A stretch of DNA of 61,977 bases, filler included, from Dirinaria sp. TL-2023a (lineage: Eukaryota), in assembly GCA_051941275.1 (NCBI GenBank). It is 22 parts of 22 records of this genome, joined end to end, with 100 filler letters (N's around TTAATTAATTAA, not from the genome) between each part and the next. Parts side by side here need not be neighbours in the genome. Positions count along the whole stretch, not along the records: positions 59,290 to 61,977 come from JAVEBF010002222.1; 21 more parts are not named here. One strand, 5' to 3'. Position numbers and translations under genes: made by a program. Below, in pieces: positions 61,735-61,977 of this stretch. Within the stretch, counting starts at the first letter, position 1; the number at the start of each line of letters is the position of its first letter. The notes beneath the pieces were generated by a model. It had not been told where the DNA came from. It made no database searches and was given only the letters and a program-made list of their open reading frames with translations.

Positions 61735-61977
61735 ATGGCCTATCAAGACGAGAAGCTGCGCGATATTTCGCCTCCCAGCCAGTATGATGAGCATGAGCAG
61801 CACATGGGCGTGGGCGAATACGTCGCGACCCGACTTCCCACGCTCAAACCTCCCATGCACAAGGCGCCCAACCCACTCTCGCTTCTACGGTTGCTTAATC
61901 TGCGCCAATGGCTATTCTTTCTTGTCGCCTTCCTCGCTTGGTCGTGGGACGCATTTGATTTCTTCACGTAAGGCTCC
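61735..61977 (+). CDS. JEN1: JEN1-like carboxylate transporter (MFS), 5' part
   Basis: YVATRLPTLKPPM..APNP..LLN..QWLFFLVAFLAWSWDAFDFF, then a GTAAGG donor at 61968. Confidence 0.85.

Overview
Eukaryotic fungal DNA (filamentous ascomycete, Pezizomycotina-like; short GT-AG introns with CTRAY branch sites). The window is not one locus. It is 22 unrelated ~2.7 kb contigs sorted by decreasing length (2752 to 2688 bp) and joined by artificial 100-bp N/TTAATTAATTAA/N linkers, so gene neighbourhoods across linkers mean nothing. Recognisable genes: an F-box protein, a NEK-like kinase, a PHD/RING protein, TFB3/MAT1 head-to-head with a BUD27/URI prefoldin-like gene, a zinc-finger DNA-binding-like domain fused to a Cys-type glutathione transferase, a promethin/LDAF1-like protein, an IFI6/IFI27(ISG12)-like protein, a Mid2-type surface sensor, two DUF6594-type membrane proteins, the DPH6 3' part, a PGAP4-like glycosyltransferase, a PTH11-like receptor, a small secreted Cys-rich protein and the start of a JEN1-like transporter. 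Mobile DNA: a complete, intact Mutator (MULE) transposon with 156-bp TIRs, decayed Ty3/gypsy gag and RT, several LTRs (one solo LTR with a 5-bp TSD) and a ~1.1 kb fold-back minisatellite. The three most notable signals are: (1) the zinc-finger/GST gene appears to encode two isoforms, with a GST-only ATG nested on the branch point of a long intron; (2) repeat decay is RIP-like but biased to CpC, giving TGG>TGA stops while CpG is spared; (3) the MULE is unmutated despite that defence. Family assignments come from motif recognition, not database searches.
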